The position numbers and the translations under genes are program-made. The notes under the pieces were generated by a model, which saw nothing but the letters and a program-made list of their open reading frames with translations, was not told where the DNA came from and made no database searches. This document shows positions 9,455-18,855 of a stretch of 37,263 nt of DNA, one piece after another. How positions within the stretch are numbered: the first letter of the stretch is position 1; the number at the start of each line of letters is the position of its first letter. Location: the UHGV virus genome UHGV-0198870. The stretch is one strand, 5' to 3'. The DNA is from a virus.

Positions 9455-9848
9455 ATACAAGAAGAATAAGCGGGATATTGAGAATCTGGATGGAATTATT
9501 GCCAAGCTTCAGGAAAGACTGGACGCAGTACCGGTTGTATCGGGGAAGGTTACAAAGAGTTCGGATGATTTCCCTTACATCGAGGAGCATGTGCAGGTGA
9601 GAGTGGAAGAGCCAAAGGCAGCAACTGCATTGAAGATGCGGATCTATGAGAAGGAGAAGAGAAAAGATCAGCTGATCCGGGAGAACGAGAAAGTAGAGAA
9701 GTACATAGCCGCAATGCCTGATGGAACGACCAAGGATATATTTGAAATGGTATTCTTGGATGGGATGACGCAGAAAGATGCAGGAATATGCTTGAATTAC
9801 ACTCAGGGGCGAATAGCACAAATAATTAAAGAAAATTTGCAAGACTAA
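9432..9848 (+). CDS. ArpU/RinA-like late transcription activator
   Basis: Coiled-coil N-terminus, sigma4-like C-terminal HTH (FLDGMTQKDAGICLNYTQGRIAQII); last early gene before packaging module. Confidence 0.75.
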   Translation: MNREQLSKYKKNKRDIENLDGIIAKLQERLDAVPVVSGKVTKSSDDFPYIEEHVQVRVEEPKAATALKMRIYEKEKRKDQLIRENEKVEKYIAAMPDGTTKDIFEMVFLDGMTQKDAGICLNYTQGRIAQIIKENLQD

Positions 9849-9943
9849 TGACGTTAATAATTTTACTATGTTATTATTATACTGGACATGATGAAAAGAC
9901 AAAAGACATATGATTAGTTCCCCCACAACCTAACAAAACTGAG

Positions 9944-9975
9944 AGAGGACACCTGGTGATGCGGGTGTCTTTTTC
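9944..9975 (+). terminator. Intrinsic terminator upstream of the hicAB cassette
   Basis: AGAGGACACCTG-loop-CGGGTGTCTTTTT. Confidence 0.7.
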
Positions 9976-10020
9976 GTTGCGTAATATCCATTTGAATTCA
10001 AAAGGAATTACGGAATATAA

Positions 10021-10049
10021 TTGACATAGAACGCATAAAAATATATAAT
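10021..10049 (+). promoter_or_regulatory. Consensus sigmaA promoter of the hicAB-chaperone operon
   Basis: TTGACA (10021-10026), 17 nt, TATAAT (10044-10049). Confidence 0.9.
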
Positions 10050-10069
10050 GTAACTACAAAACAGTTACA
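10049..10069. promoter_or_regulatory. Putative HicB operator
   Basis: Perfect inverted repeat TGTAACT-N7-AGTTACA over the predicted transcription start. Confidence 0.7.
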
Positions 10070-10091
10070 AAAGAGGTGAAAGCCTAAAATA

Positions 10092-10349
10092 ATGAGCAAA
10101 TTGGAAAAATTAAAAAGAAGATTAGAACGAATTCCTAAGGACTTCACTTATGCTGAAGCTCGAACTTTATTAAATGCAATAGGGTTTGAAGAATTGTCAA
10201 AAGGTAAGACATCGGGATCAAGAGTTAGATTTTACAGGAAAAGTGATGGGGCAGTAATAGATTTGCATAAGCCACATCCTAATCCAGAAATGAAAGGGTA
10301 TGCTGTTGCACAGCTGGCAGAAAGATTAAAAGAATATGGTGAATTATAA
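10092..10349 (+). CDS. hicA: HicA family toxin (mRNA interferase)
   Basis: GKTSGSRVRF...LHKPHP...MKGY motif. Confidence 0.9.
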   Translation: MSKLEKLKRRLERIPKDFTYAEARTLLNAIGFEELSKGKTSGSRVRFYRKSDGAVIDLHKPHPNPEMKGYAVAQLAERLKEYGEL

Positions 10350-10846
10350 TGAAAAATATACTAGAATACAAGGGGTACTACACAAAAATCGAGTTTAATA
10401 CGGAAGATAAAGTATTGTTTGGAAAAATCGAAGGAATTAAGGATTTAGTAAATTTTGAAAGTGAAACTGCTGATGGAATTGAAAAGGAGTTTCATTTAGC
10501 GGTAGATGATTATCTAGAGTTTTGCGAACTCGTAGGAAAGAATCCAGACAAAGTATACAAAGGAACATTTAATGTAAGAATTAGTCCATCACTACACAGA
10601 GAGGCTGCATTATTGGCAATGCAGAGAAACGAATCGTTAAATAAATTAGTAGAAAATGCCATTGAAGAATATGTGCAAGGAATGAATAGAACAGAAGTGA
10701 CACTTAGCGAGACTGTTACAACATTATCAAAGGCTTTAGTAGCAAAAAGTACGTGTGAGAGTCTTGGAGGCGTGGTAAAAATAAATTCAGAATCAATAGG
10801 TAAATTTCCTAAGTATGAAAAAATAAATATGCAATTAACACAATAA
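10349..10846 (+). CDS. hicB: HicB family antitoxin with about 55-aa C-terminal extension
   Basis: EYKGY...FH.AVDDYLEFC...P.K.YKGTFNVRISPSLHR RHH; TAATG coupling to hicA. Confidence 0.9.
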   Translation: MKNILEYKGYYTKIEFNTEDKVLFGKIEGIKDLVNFESETADGIEKEFHLAVDDYLEFCELVGKNPDKVYKGTFNVRISPSLHREAALLAMQRNESLNKLVENAIEEYVQGMNRTEVTLSETVTTLSKALVAKSTCESLGGVVKINSESIGKFPKYEKINMQLTQ

Positions 10847-10864
10847 CAACAGAGAGGGATAATA

Positions 10865-11287
10865 ATGATAGCAAATTTAGAACAGTATTTTGAAAAAGAT
10901 TATCGATTTTATCTTGATAGAATTAAATTTGACAGAATTGAAAGCGAAGAGGAAGTAGGCGAAGTCTCTCTTAACTGTCGAGACAGTATATCAGTAGCTG
11001 TTAATAATGACGAAGGAGTGACATTAATTATAACAAGGAAAATGTATTTTGATCCTAATGTACTTTTTGAACTGGAGGTTTCTTTTGGAGTTGATTTAAA
11101 ATTTATACAAGAAAAGAAAACGGAGATAGAGTGGGATAGTGTAGATTTGGCTAGTGAATTTAAGAAAAGCGGAGAATTTGTTTTACAGAACATTATGAGT
11201 AGAATATCATTGCTTATTGGTCAAATTACAGCTTCTTTTGGTCAAACACCATTAATGACACCACCGGGAATACCAATTGAACAATAG
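10865..11287 (+). CDS. Putative SecB-like chaperone (TAC third component)
   Basis: 140 aa, acidic; beta-strand pattern incl. LFELEVSFGVDLKF; C-terminal RISLLIGQITASFGQTPLMTPP resembles the SecB helix plus G.PPL.LP motif. Confidence 0.65.
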   Translation: MIANLEQYFEKDYRFYLDRIKFDRIESEEEVGEVSLNCRDSISVAVNNDEGVTLIITRKMYFDPNVLFELEVSFGVDLKFIQEKKTEIEWDSVDLASEFKKSGEFVLQNIMSRISLLIGQITASFGQTPLMTPPGIPIEQ

Positions 11288-11326
11288 TAATTGATAAAAG
11301 GCAATATAATAAATTGCGTACTATAT

Positions 11327-11350
11327 AGGCACCCTCCGGGGTGCTTTTCT
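11327..11350 (+). terminator. Intrinsic terminator closing the TA-chaperone moron
   Basis: AGGCACCC-loop-GGGTGCTT followed by TTCT. Confidence 0.75.
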
Positions 11351-11383
11351 AATGCAAAAAAACGGAAAGAGAGAGGTGGTGAC

Positions 11384-12154
11384 GTGCCGGATGTAAAAGA
11401 ACAGATCAAAAATGATTACCTATCAGGTGTCCCTCCGAAGAAACTATCGGAGAAATATAATACCAGTTTGAATACAATAAAAAGCTGGATCAAACGGTAT
11501 GGCTGGTCCAAATTAAAGAAAGAACAGGGTGCACCTTCTAAAGCGGAGGGTGCACCCTCTGTTATACCCAGAAAAAGAAAACGGGGAGGTCAACCAGGTA
11601 ACAAGAACGCAACCGGTCCGCCGGGGAATAAGCATGCAGAGAAGTTTGGGTTCTTTTCCAAACATCTTCCGGAAGAGACATTATCCATCATTCAGGAGAT
11701 GCCGGAAGATCCACTTGATGTCCTGTGGGACCAGATCCAGATTGCATATGCGGCCATTATCCGGGCACAGAAAATTATGTATGTTCGTGATCAGGAAGAT
11801 GTGACAACGACAAAGATTGCTGATAGCTCCGGAAATATTTGTTCTGAAAAATGGGAAGTGCAGCAGGCGTGGGATAAACAGGCAAACTTCTTGTCGGCTC
11901 AAGCCAGAGCACAGAAGACGCTGGAAGGCATGATTAACCGGTATGAAGATCTGCTGCATAAGAACTGGGACCTTGCTACAGAAGAGCAGAAAGTAAGAAT
12001 CCTGCAGATCAAAGCTAATACGGAAAGAATGAAATCCAGTGGCAATGATGACGGAGAGGATGGTGTGGTGATTGTCAACGATGCGCCAACAGGTGAAGAT
12101 ATCAGACATAGTGATAGCGAAGTACCTGCCGATATTCAACAACAGGACAGTTAA
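11384..12154 (+). CDS. terS: Terminase small subunit
   Basis: GTG after GAGGTG; N-terminal HTH (LSEKYNTSLNTIKSWIKRYGW), GGQPGNKNA motif, QQAWDKQANFL. Confidence 0.9.
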   Translation: MPDVKEQIKNDYLSGVPPKKLSEKYNTSLNTIKSWIKRYGWSKLKKEQGAPSKAEGAPSVIPRKRKRGGQPGNKNATGPPGNKHAEKFGFFSKHLPEETLSIIQEMPEDPLDVLWDQIQIAYAAIIRAQKIMYVRDQEDVTTTKIADSSGNICSEKWEVQQAWDKQANFLSAQARAQKTLEGMINRYEDLLHKNWDLATEEQKVRILQIKANTERMKSSGNDDGEDGVVIVNDAPTGEDIRHSDSEVPADIQQQDS

Positions 12155-13424
12155 ACACATTATCCTGACTTCCGGTCGTGCCGGAACAAAGTCCAGTTAT
12201 GCTGCTATCCGAACCGATTACCAGATTGTATCAGATCCGCATGGTTCTGCAGTAGTTCTTCGTAAGCATCACAATAAGCTCCGGAAGACAGTGTACAAGG
12301 AAATGATCAGAGGGATTAACCGGTTGGGAATCTCAAAGAACAAATTCACAATCACGAAATCCCCGATGGAGATCACTTACAAAAAGTATGGCACGACCAT
12401 TTACTTCTCCGGATCAGACGGCATCGACGATACGAAAGGTATTATTGATGAGGATAAGCCGATCAAGCTGGTAGTATTGGATGAGCTGACGGAGTTCTTC
12501 GATGATGGTGAAGGCGAGGATGAGCTGAGCAATATCGAAGCAACATTCGTTCGAGGAAATGACAGTGATTTCCAGATGATCTATCTGTATAACCCGCCCA
12601 AGAATCCAAATGCACCGATCAACCAATGGTGCAAGAAGATGGAAAAGCGTGATGACTGCATTCACATTCATACGGATTACAGAGATGTTCCGGTCAGCTG
12701 GTTGGGGCATGCGTTAATCGCATCTGCAGAAGCTATGAAGCTCGTGGATGAAAAAATGTATCGGTGGGTATGGCTCGGACAGGCTGTTGGTGTGGACGAA
12801 CTGATCTATTATATGTTTGGTGATCGACACAGACAGAAGCCGGATCCGGATAGGCGATATGATCGTATTTACATCGGCGGTGACTATGGACAGCAGAACG
12901 CAACAACATTTGAAGCATTTGGACTTGATATATACAGAAAAAAGTTTCCGGGACTTGGAGAATATTACCACAGTGGACGAGAAAGCGGAAAGCAGAGGAG
13001 TCCGTCAGAATATGCGAAAGACTTGGTTGAGTTCATGAATGATTTACATGAAGAGTATGACAACCGAGTCTTTTATATTTTCCTTGACCCATCCGCAAAA
13101 GGTCTGGCCGAGGAAGTAAGGCGGGCAACCAGGGCAGAAAATCTTGATTATCAGGTATTCTTAAGAGATGCCGAGAATGATGTTGCTTTAGGCATCAGCC
13201 GTGTGCAAAAGGTTTTGAGCTTTGACATTATGACCACATCTCCAAAACAGGAATATGCAGTAAGTGAATTTGGAACTTATGAGTATGACAAGAAATCCAT
13301 TGAAAAAGGCAAGGAAGTACCTGTAAAAGAAGATGACCATTGTATGGACGCAATCCGATATTGTGTTATGGGAGCTTGGAAGAGGTTAAAATACTGGCTG
13401 CCGAAAGACGAACGGAAGAAATAG
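12081..13424 (+). CDS. terL: PBSX-family terminase large subunit
   Basis: SGRAGTKSS, VVLDE, YNPP, GGDYG, DHCMDAIRY. Confidence 0.95.
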   Translation: MRQQVKISDIVIAKYLPIFNNRTVKHIILTSGRAGTKSSYAAIRTDYQIVSDPHGSAVVLRKHHNKLRKTVYKEMIRGINRLGISKNKFTITKSPMEITYKKYGTTIYFSGSDGIDDTKGIIDEDKPIKLVVLDELTEFFDDGEGEDELSNIEATFVRGNDSDFQMIYLYNPPKNPNAPINQWCKKMEKRDDCIHIHTDYRDVPVSWLGHALIASAEAMKLVDEKMYRWVWLGQAVGVDELIYYMFGDRHRQKPDPDRRYDRIYIGGDYGQQNATTFEAFGLDIYRKKFPGLGEYYHSGRESGKQRSPSEYAKDLVEFMNDLHEEYDNRVFYIFLDPSAKGLAEEVRRATRAENLDYQVFLRDAENDVALGISRVQKVLSFDIMTTSPKQEYAVSEFGTYEYDKKSIEKGKEVPVKEDDHCMDAIRYCVMGAWKRLKYWLPKDERKK

Positions 13425-13460
13425 ATGTATGTGATATTAGCAGGAAGGAGGTAGAGGACG

Positions 13461-14870
13461 ATGAATATCTTTAATTATTTCAAAAAGAAGGGGATTGATA
13501 CTGTGGATCCATCCTTTTACCGAAAGATAGCGGAATGGATATCCTGGTATGAGGGAAATGTCCGAAACTTCTCTTTCTACAAGGTATACAGTGGACGTGG
13601 AACATACAAACGCTGCAGGCGAAAGAGTATGGGAATGGCGAAGAAGCTGAGTGAAGATATTGCGGATCTCCTTTTGAATGAACGGGTGACAATTACTCTT
13701 GATGATGATCAAACGAATGAATATGTGCAGCAGGTTTTGGATGACAACCGTTTCCTTGTGATGGGAAATGATTACCAGGAGCGGAAAGCCTTTACTGGTA
13801 CAGTGGCATACATCCCATATTTGGAAGATGTGGAGATTACAGAGGATGGAGAAGTTCTTTCTGGAAGAATTTGCATCAATTACGTGGATGCACCAAACAT
13901 ATACCCAGTAACATGGAATAATGGAAGGGTAACGGAATGCATTTTTGCATTTCCACATACGATTTCAAGAAAAAAATATGTCCAGTTACAATCTCATCTT
14001 TTGGAAAATGGAGAGTACGTGATCAGTAATGTTGTATTGCGGTGCGAATCTGGAAGTCAGGAGGGAACGGAGCTGACAGAAGAGGAATGGAAATTATTAA
14101 AACCATTCAAAACACTTGCAAAAGAAATAAGAACTGGTTCGGCGGAGCCACAATTCGTTATTGATCGCTTGAATATTACGAATAATGCGGACCAGAATAA
14201 TCCAATGGGTGTTGCTATATTCGCAAATGCGATTGATACGCTCAAGAAGCTGGATACAGAATATGATTCGTATTGTAATGAATTTGAACTTGGCAGGAAA
14301 CGGATATTTGTTAGACCGGAAATGCTGACGAACGAAGACGGCTCTCCGGCGTTCGATCCGGATGATAGTGTGTTCTATGCGCTTCCGGAGGATGATGCCA
14401 ATGGAGAGGGGCTGTTGAAAGAAATCGACATGTCGCTTCGTGCTGATCAACACAGCAAAGCAATCAATGACGATCTAAATTACCTTTCACTTAAATGCGG
14501 ATTCGGCACAGATCGATATCAATTCGGAGCAACAGGAGCAAAGACAGCAACAGAGATCATTTCGGAAAATTCAGACATGTATCGGATGATTAAGAAGCAT
14601 GAAATACTGTTAGAAGATGCATTAAAGCAACTGATCCGGATTATCATTCGTTTGGGAATGATATTGAACGAGCCACTGAATCCAGATGCAGAAATTGTAA
14701 TTGATTTCGATGATTCGATTATTGAAGATAAGGAAACAGAACGCAATCGCGATCGGCAGGATGTGAGCATGGGTGTTATGAGTCATGCGGAATATCGTTC
14801 CAAATGGTACGGAGAAACATTGGAAGATGCAGCTGCTAAACTTCCGGAACAGAATCAGGTGATGGAGTAA
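13461..14870 (+). CDS. Portal protein (SPP1/A118-like)
   Basis: Follows TerL; KTATEI and IDFDDSII motifs. Confidence 0.92.
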   Translation: MNIFNYFKKKGIDTVDPSFYRKIAEWISWYEGNVRNFSFYKVYSGRGTYKRCRRKSMGMAKKLSEDIADLLLNERVTITLDDDQTNEYVQQVLDDNRFLVMGNDYQERKAFTGTVAYIPYLEDVEITEDGEVLSGRICINYVDAPNIYPVTWNNGRVTECIFAFPHTISRKKYVQLQSHLLENGEYVISNVVLRCESGSQEGTELTEEEWKLLKPFKTLAKEIRTGSAEPQFVIDRLNITNNADQNNPMGVAIFANAIDTLKKLDTEYDSYCNEFELGRKRIFVRPEMLTNEDGSPAFDPDDSVFYALPEDDANGEGLLKEIDMSLRADQHSKAINDDLNYLSLKCGFGTDRYQFGATGAKTATEIISENSDMYRMIKKHEILLEDALKQLIRIIIRLGMILNEPLNPDAEIVIDFDDSIIEDKETERNRDRQDVSMGVMSHAEYRSKWYGETLEDAAAKLPEQNQVME

Positions 14871-14871
14871 G

Positions 14872-16536
14872 ATGCGGGATGATTACAAAATTAAGATGGC
14901 CGGTAAGATCGCAGCCAGATATCAGGATTTGGAAGAACGAATCATGCAAGACATTGTTCGAAGGGTTGTTAAAACTGGTGAGATCACCAGCACTGCAGAT
15001 TGGCAGATTAATCGGTTACGGATCCTGGGACATTCTTCAGAGGATATCGAACGTGAGATAAAGAAGACGCTCAATGCTTCCTATCCGGAAATGTTTGAGC
15101 TGTACGATAAGGTAATCGAAAAGGAATATGTTCGAGATAAGGATGTATATGAACAGATCAATGCAGAATATATACCGTATGATCAGAACGAGCAGCTTAA
15201 TCAGATCACAGAAGCAATTATCGATCAGAGTTGTGAAGATTTGGAGAATGTAACCAATTCGCTTGGATTCTATTTGGATTATGGAAATGATAGGAAGGTA
15301 CTGACACCACTTGCTCAGGTGTATTCCGGATATCTGGATGCAGCATGTTATGATATCGCAACCGGTGCGTTTGATTATAACAGTGTCCTGAGACGAGTAG
15401 TTACACAGCTCACGAACAGCGGACTCAGGAAGATAGATTACTCATCCGGACGAGCTGATCGGGTGGATGTGGCTGCAAGACGAGCTGTTATGACAGCGGT
15501 CAGCCAGATGACCGGAAAGATATCCGAGTACAATGCTCAGAAGCTCGGAACAGAGTATTTTGAGGTTGAGTGGCATGCAGGTGCACGACCGACTCATGCA
15601 GTATGGCAGGGGCGTGTCTGGTCCAAGGAACAGTTGTATTCGATATGTGGTCTGGGGACGGTCACGGGACTTCTTGGTGTGAATTGTTATCATACCTATT
15701 ATCCTTTCTTTCCCGGACTGTCAGAACGTAACTGGACAGATGAATGGTTGGATGCCAAGAATCTGGAAGAGAGTGAACCGAAGAAATTTAGGGATAAGGA
15801 ATATACCCTGTATGAGGCTAAGCAGAGACAGCGGCAGATGGAAGTAGCAATGAGAGCACAGAGAGAAAAGGTCCGCTTGCTCCAGAAAGGCAAGGCGGAT
15901 CCAGATGAAATTCTGTTGCATAAAGCAAAATACCAAGGACAGCTTAATGAGTATTCCAGATTCTGCCGGAAGATGAAGCTTACTGAAGAACGTGAGCGTA
16001 TTTATTTGGACACGAAAGGTCGAGTGGCAACGAATAGCAAACGACAGAATGCATTGTTCCCGCGTGAAATGATCGAGAATGCATCCAAAGATGTGGCTCA
16101 GTATAAGCGGTATAAGGAAGTTTTGGGAGATTCTATTGGTTCGCTTGTTAATTTTGGTCAGATGAAATATAATGATAATGAGAAATGGAAAGCTATCAGT
16201 GAAGTATTTACAGATGTAAAATGGCAGAATCAAGCACTAAAGAAAAAACAAATAGGAGAAGTCCATTCTATCCCGTATAAAGGAACTCCGAATAGCGTGT
16301 TTGATAACTACAAAGACGGTGTCTTGCAGAGACGTAGATATTATGGAAATGATGGAAGACCAAGATTAGATATAGATATGACGGATCACGGAAATTCAAA
16401 AGAACATCCGGTTGTACCGCATTATCATAACTGGTATCTTGATGAAAAAGGCAATTTGAAACGTGAAGCAAAGCATGATAATCCACTTAAATTAGGGCAT
16501 GAAATTGCCAATAAGGATATTCTTGAGAAGAGGTGA
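14872..16536 (+). CDS. Minor capsid (MuF-type, Phage_min_cap2) protein with C-terminal toxin-like domain
   Basis: HAGARPTHAVWQG and NCYH motifs; C-terminal RRYYGNDGRPRLDIDMTDHGNSKEHPVVPHYHNW extension. Confidence 0.85.
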   Translation: MRDDYKIKMAGKIAARYQDLEERIMQDIVRRVVKTGEITSTADWQINRLRILGHSSEDIEREIKKTLNASYPEMFELYDKVIEKEYVRDKDVYEQINAEYIPYDQNEQLNQITEAIIDQSCEDLENVTNSLGFYLDYGNDRKVLTPLAQVYSGYLDAACYDIATGAFDYNSVLRRVVTQLTNSGLRKIDYSSGRADRVDVAARRAVMTAVSQMTGKISEYNAQKLGTEYFEVEWHAGARPTHAVWQGRVWSKEQLYSICGLGTVTGLLGVNCYHTYYPFFPGLSERNWTDEWLDAKNLEESEPKKFRDKEYTLYEAKQRQRQMEVAMRAQREKVRLLQKGKADPDEILLHKAKYQGQLNEYSRFCRKMKLTEERERIYLDTKGRVATNSKRQNALFPREMIENASKDVAQYKRYKEVLGDSIGSLVNFGQMKYNDNEKWKAISEVFTDVKWQNQALKKKQIGEVHSIPYKGTPNSVFDNYKDGVLQRRRYYGNDGRPRLDIDMTDHGNSKEHPVVPHYHNWYLDEKGNLKREAKHDNPLKLGHEIANKDILEKR

Positions 16537-16543
16537 TCAGAAT

Positions 16544-16804
16544 ATGATTGAGTACAAAAAATATGCAAAATTTGAGAATCTATCTGAGTTGACAGAAGCT
16601 ATAGAGGCAGGATTGGATATTGAGCTCGCTCTTTCTGAGAAAAGATATAATATTTCATGGAGAGATGATAAACCATTTATATGTGAGTGCCCTGAAGGAG
16701 AAGCTGAGTTTTATTCTGATGCTCAGGAGATGCTCGATAAGCACAAAATAAACAACATACCATTAAATAAATTGTGGGAGGATATAGAAATATTATCCAT
16801 GTAG
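16544..16804 (+). CDS. Putative cognate immunity protein
   Basis: Small acidic ORF 7 nt after the toxin-bearing gene, GAGGTGA SD, followed by terminator. Confidence 0.65.
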   Translation: MIEYKKYAKFENLSELTEAIEAGLDIELALSEKRYNISWRDDKPFICECPEGEAEFYSDAQEMLDKHKINNIPLNKLWEDIEILSM

Positions 16805-16805
16805 T

Positions 16806-16840
16806 TACCACCAGTCGAAAAATGACCGGTGGTATTTTTG
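16806..16840 (+). terminator. Intrinsic terminator
   Basis: TACCACCAGTC-loop-GACCGGTGGTA then TTTTT. Confidence 0.7.
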
Positions 16841-16861
16841 TACGTAATTTTAGGAGAAAGT

Positions 16862-17152
16862 ATGATAAATGTAGAAATAACAGAGCGTAGTATTCGTTTA
16901 TCTGGCCATGCTTGCAGAAAAGCTTCAGATGGTATTGACCGGGCATGCGCTGCAGTATCGGCACTTACTTGCAGCTTGATTAATTCGTTACAAGATCTTA
17001 CACACGACAGAGTTCAAGCAATGGCGGAAAGCGGAATGACAGTAATCAGATGGGAGAATTTATCAGATGGCGGGAAACTTCTGGTAGATTCATGGTTCCT
17101 GGGACTTACAGATGTCAACCGGGAATACAACTGCATAGAATTTCAAAAATAA
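16862..17152 (+). CDS. prp: Phage-encoded ribosomal-processing cysteine protease Prp
   Basis: SGHA and ACAAVSAL catalytic His/Cys motifs; AGGAG SD. Confidence 0.85.
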   Translation: MINVEITERSIRLSGHACRKASDGIDRACAAVSALTCSLINSLQDLTHDRVQAMAESGMTVIRWENLSDGGKLLVDSWFLGLTDVNREYNCIEFQK

Positions 17153-17175
17153 ACATCCGAGAGGGTGTTTTTATT
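17151..17175 (+). terminator. Hairpin/terminator before scaffold gene
   Basis: AAACATCC-GAGA-GGGTGTTT then TTATT. Confidence 0.55.
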
Positions 17176-17240
17176 ATGTCCAAAACGTGAAGACGATATA
17201 AAAGCTCGGGAGCCTGTCGAGGCGAAACGGAGGTAGAAAC

Positions 17241-17849
17241 ATGAGATACAGAATGAATTTACAGCTCTTTGAAGACGGCGGCGGAGCTGGCTCTGGTAAT
17301 CAGGGTGGAAACGCTGGGACTGGAAACGGCGGTCAGGGATCCGCTGGGAGCGCATCCGGAGCACATGGAACCGGAACATATACCTATGAACAGTTGGAAG
17401 AGATTGCAGGTGCACGAGTAGAGAGGTCTGAGCGGACAGCTCTTGCCAATTTTTTCAGAAATCAGGGCATGACAGAATCTGAGGTAACACAGGCAATCAA
17501 TAATTTCAAAGCAGAGCGTGCGGCTAATCAGCCAAATACTGCAAAATTGCAGAAAGATCTTGATGATGCGCTGGCGAAAGTACAGCAGATGGAGAATGAG
17601 AAGACTTTATCTGGTAAAGGTGTTAGATCAGAAGATTTGGATTATGTCATGTTCAAGGTATCGAAACTTGTAGATGATAAAACAACATTTGAAAAAGCTG
17701 CAGACAAATTTTTGAAGGAGAATCCGAAATTTACAGGAAATGCCGGTTCTTATCGCATTTCCACATCTTCTGGAAATTCTTCAGAAGGTTCTGGTGGAAA
17801 CATGAACGCTTCCATCAATGATCGTATCCGTGCTGCAGCGAGAAGATAA
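17241..17849 (+). CDS. Capsid scaffolding protein
   Basis: MNLQLF leader, Gly-rich linker, coiled coil; precedes major capsid gene. Confidence 0.85.
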   Translation: MRYRMNLQLFEDGGGAGSGNQGGNAGTGNGGQGSAGSASGAHGTGTYTYEQLEEIAGARVERSERTALANFFRNQGMTESEVTQAINNFKAERAANQPNTAKLQKDLDDALAKVQQMENEKTLSGKGVRSEDLDYVMFKVSKLVDDKTTFEKAADKFLKENPKFTGNAGSYRISTSSGNSSEGSGGNMNASINDRIRAAARR

Positions 17850-17861
17850 CGGAGGTAGAAG

Positions 17862-18842
17862 ATGAATAAAAACAGAATGAATTTAAGGCTTTTTGAGAAT
17901 GATGTCAACATTATTGATCGAAGCGGTGCAGAATCTTTGATTCCAGTACAGGAATCAAATGAGATCATTCAGGGTGTTATTGCTCAGTCAGCTGTTCTTT
18001 CAAGAGGACGTAAGCTGCCAAATATGACAAGTAAGCAGTACAAGATGCCAGTACTGGATATGTTGCCAATTGCTTATTTTGTGAACGGTGATTCAGGACA
18101 GAAGAAAACGACCAAGCAGGCATGGGATAAGAAGTTTATTATTGCGGAAGAAATTGCGGTAATTGTACCGATTCCAGAGTCCGTATTAGATGATTCAGAC
18201 TATGATATTTGGGGCGAGGTGAAACCGAGGGTAACAGAAGCATTCGGAACAAAGATTGATGGAGCTGCATTATTCGGAGTAGATAAACCGTCTACTTGGA
18301 GAGATGATATAGTAGCTACTGCAACAAAAGCTGGAAGTGTAGTAACGCTTGGTTCTGCTGATCCACTGTACGATAAGATTATGGCGGAAGAAGGCGTTCT
18401 TGACAAAGTTGAAAAATGCGGATACTTAGTGAATGGTCATATGGCTGATGTTTCTATGAGGGCAAAGCTCCGAGGATTAAAGAATGCTAACGGCGATCCA
18501 CTGTTTAAATCAGATATGCAGGGATCTACGCAGTATGCATTGGATGGTTCTCCGATGAATTTCCCGATCAATGGAGCATGGGATAAATCTAAGGCCCTGA
18601 TGGTCTCCGGAGATTTCTCGCAGCTTGTATATTCTATCAGACAGGATATTACATTCAAGCTGTTTACAGAAGGTGTTGTACAGAATACAGACGGAACTAT
18701 CGCATACAACCTGATGCAGAACGATATGGTTGCACTTCGTGCAGTTATGCGTATGGGTTGGGAAGTTCCAAATCCTATCAATGCACTTGCAAAAGAAAAG
18801 ACAAAGAGATGCCCGTTCTCGATTCTGAAAGCGGGAGAGTAG
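17862..18842 (+). CDS. Major capsid protein
   Basis: MNLRLF leader; EEIAVIVPI, GDFSQ, QNDMVALR motifs. Confidence 0.92.
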   Translation: MNKNRMNLRLFENDVNIIDRSGAESLIPVQESNEIIQGVIAQSAVLSRGRKLPNMTSKQYKMPVLDMLPIAYFVNGDSGQKKTTKQAWDKKFIIAEEIAVIVPIPESVLDDSDYDIWGEVKPRVTEAFGTKIDGAALFGVDKPSTWRDDIVATATKAGSVVTLGSADPLYDKIMAEEGVLDKVEKCGYLVNGHMADVSMRAKLRGLKNANGDPLFKSDMQGSTQYALDGSPMNFPINGAWDKSKALMVSGDFSQLVYSIRQDITFKLFTEGVVQNTDGTIAYNLMQNDMVALRAVMRMGWEVPNPINALAKEKTKRCPFSILKAGE

Positions 18843-18855
18843 GGAGGAATAACTT

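Noticed and set aside
11291..11383. Extended TTG start of terS
   Set aside because: Crosses the moron terminator; GTG 11384 has the SD
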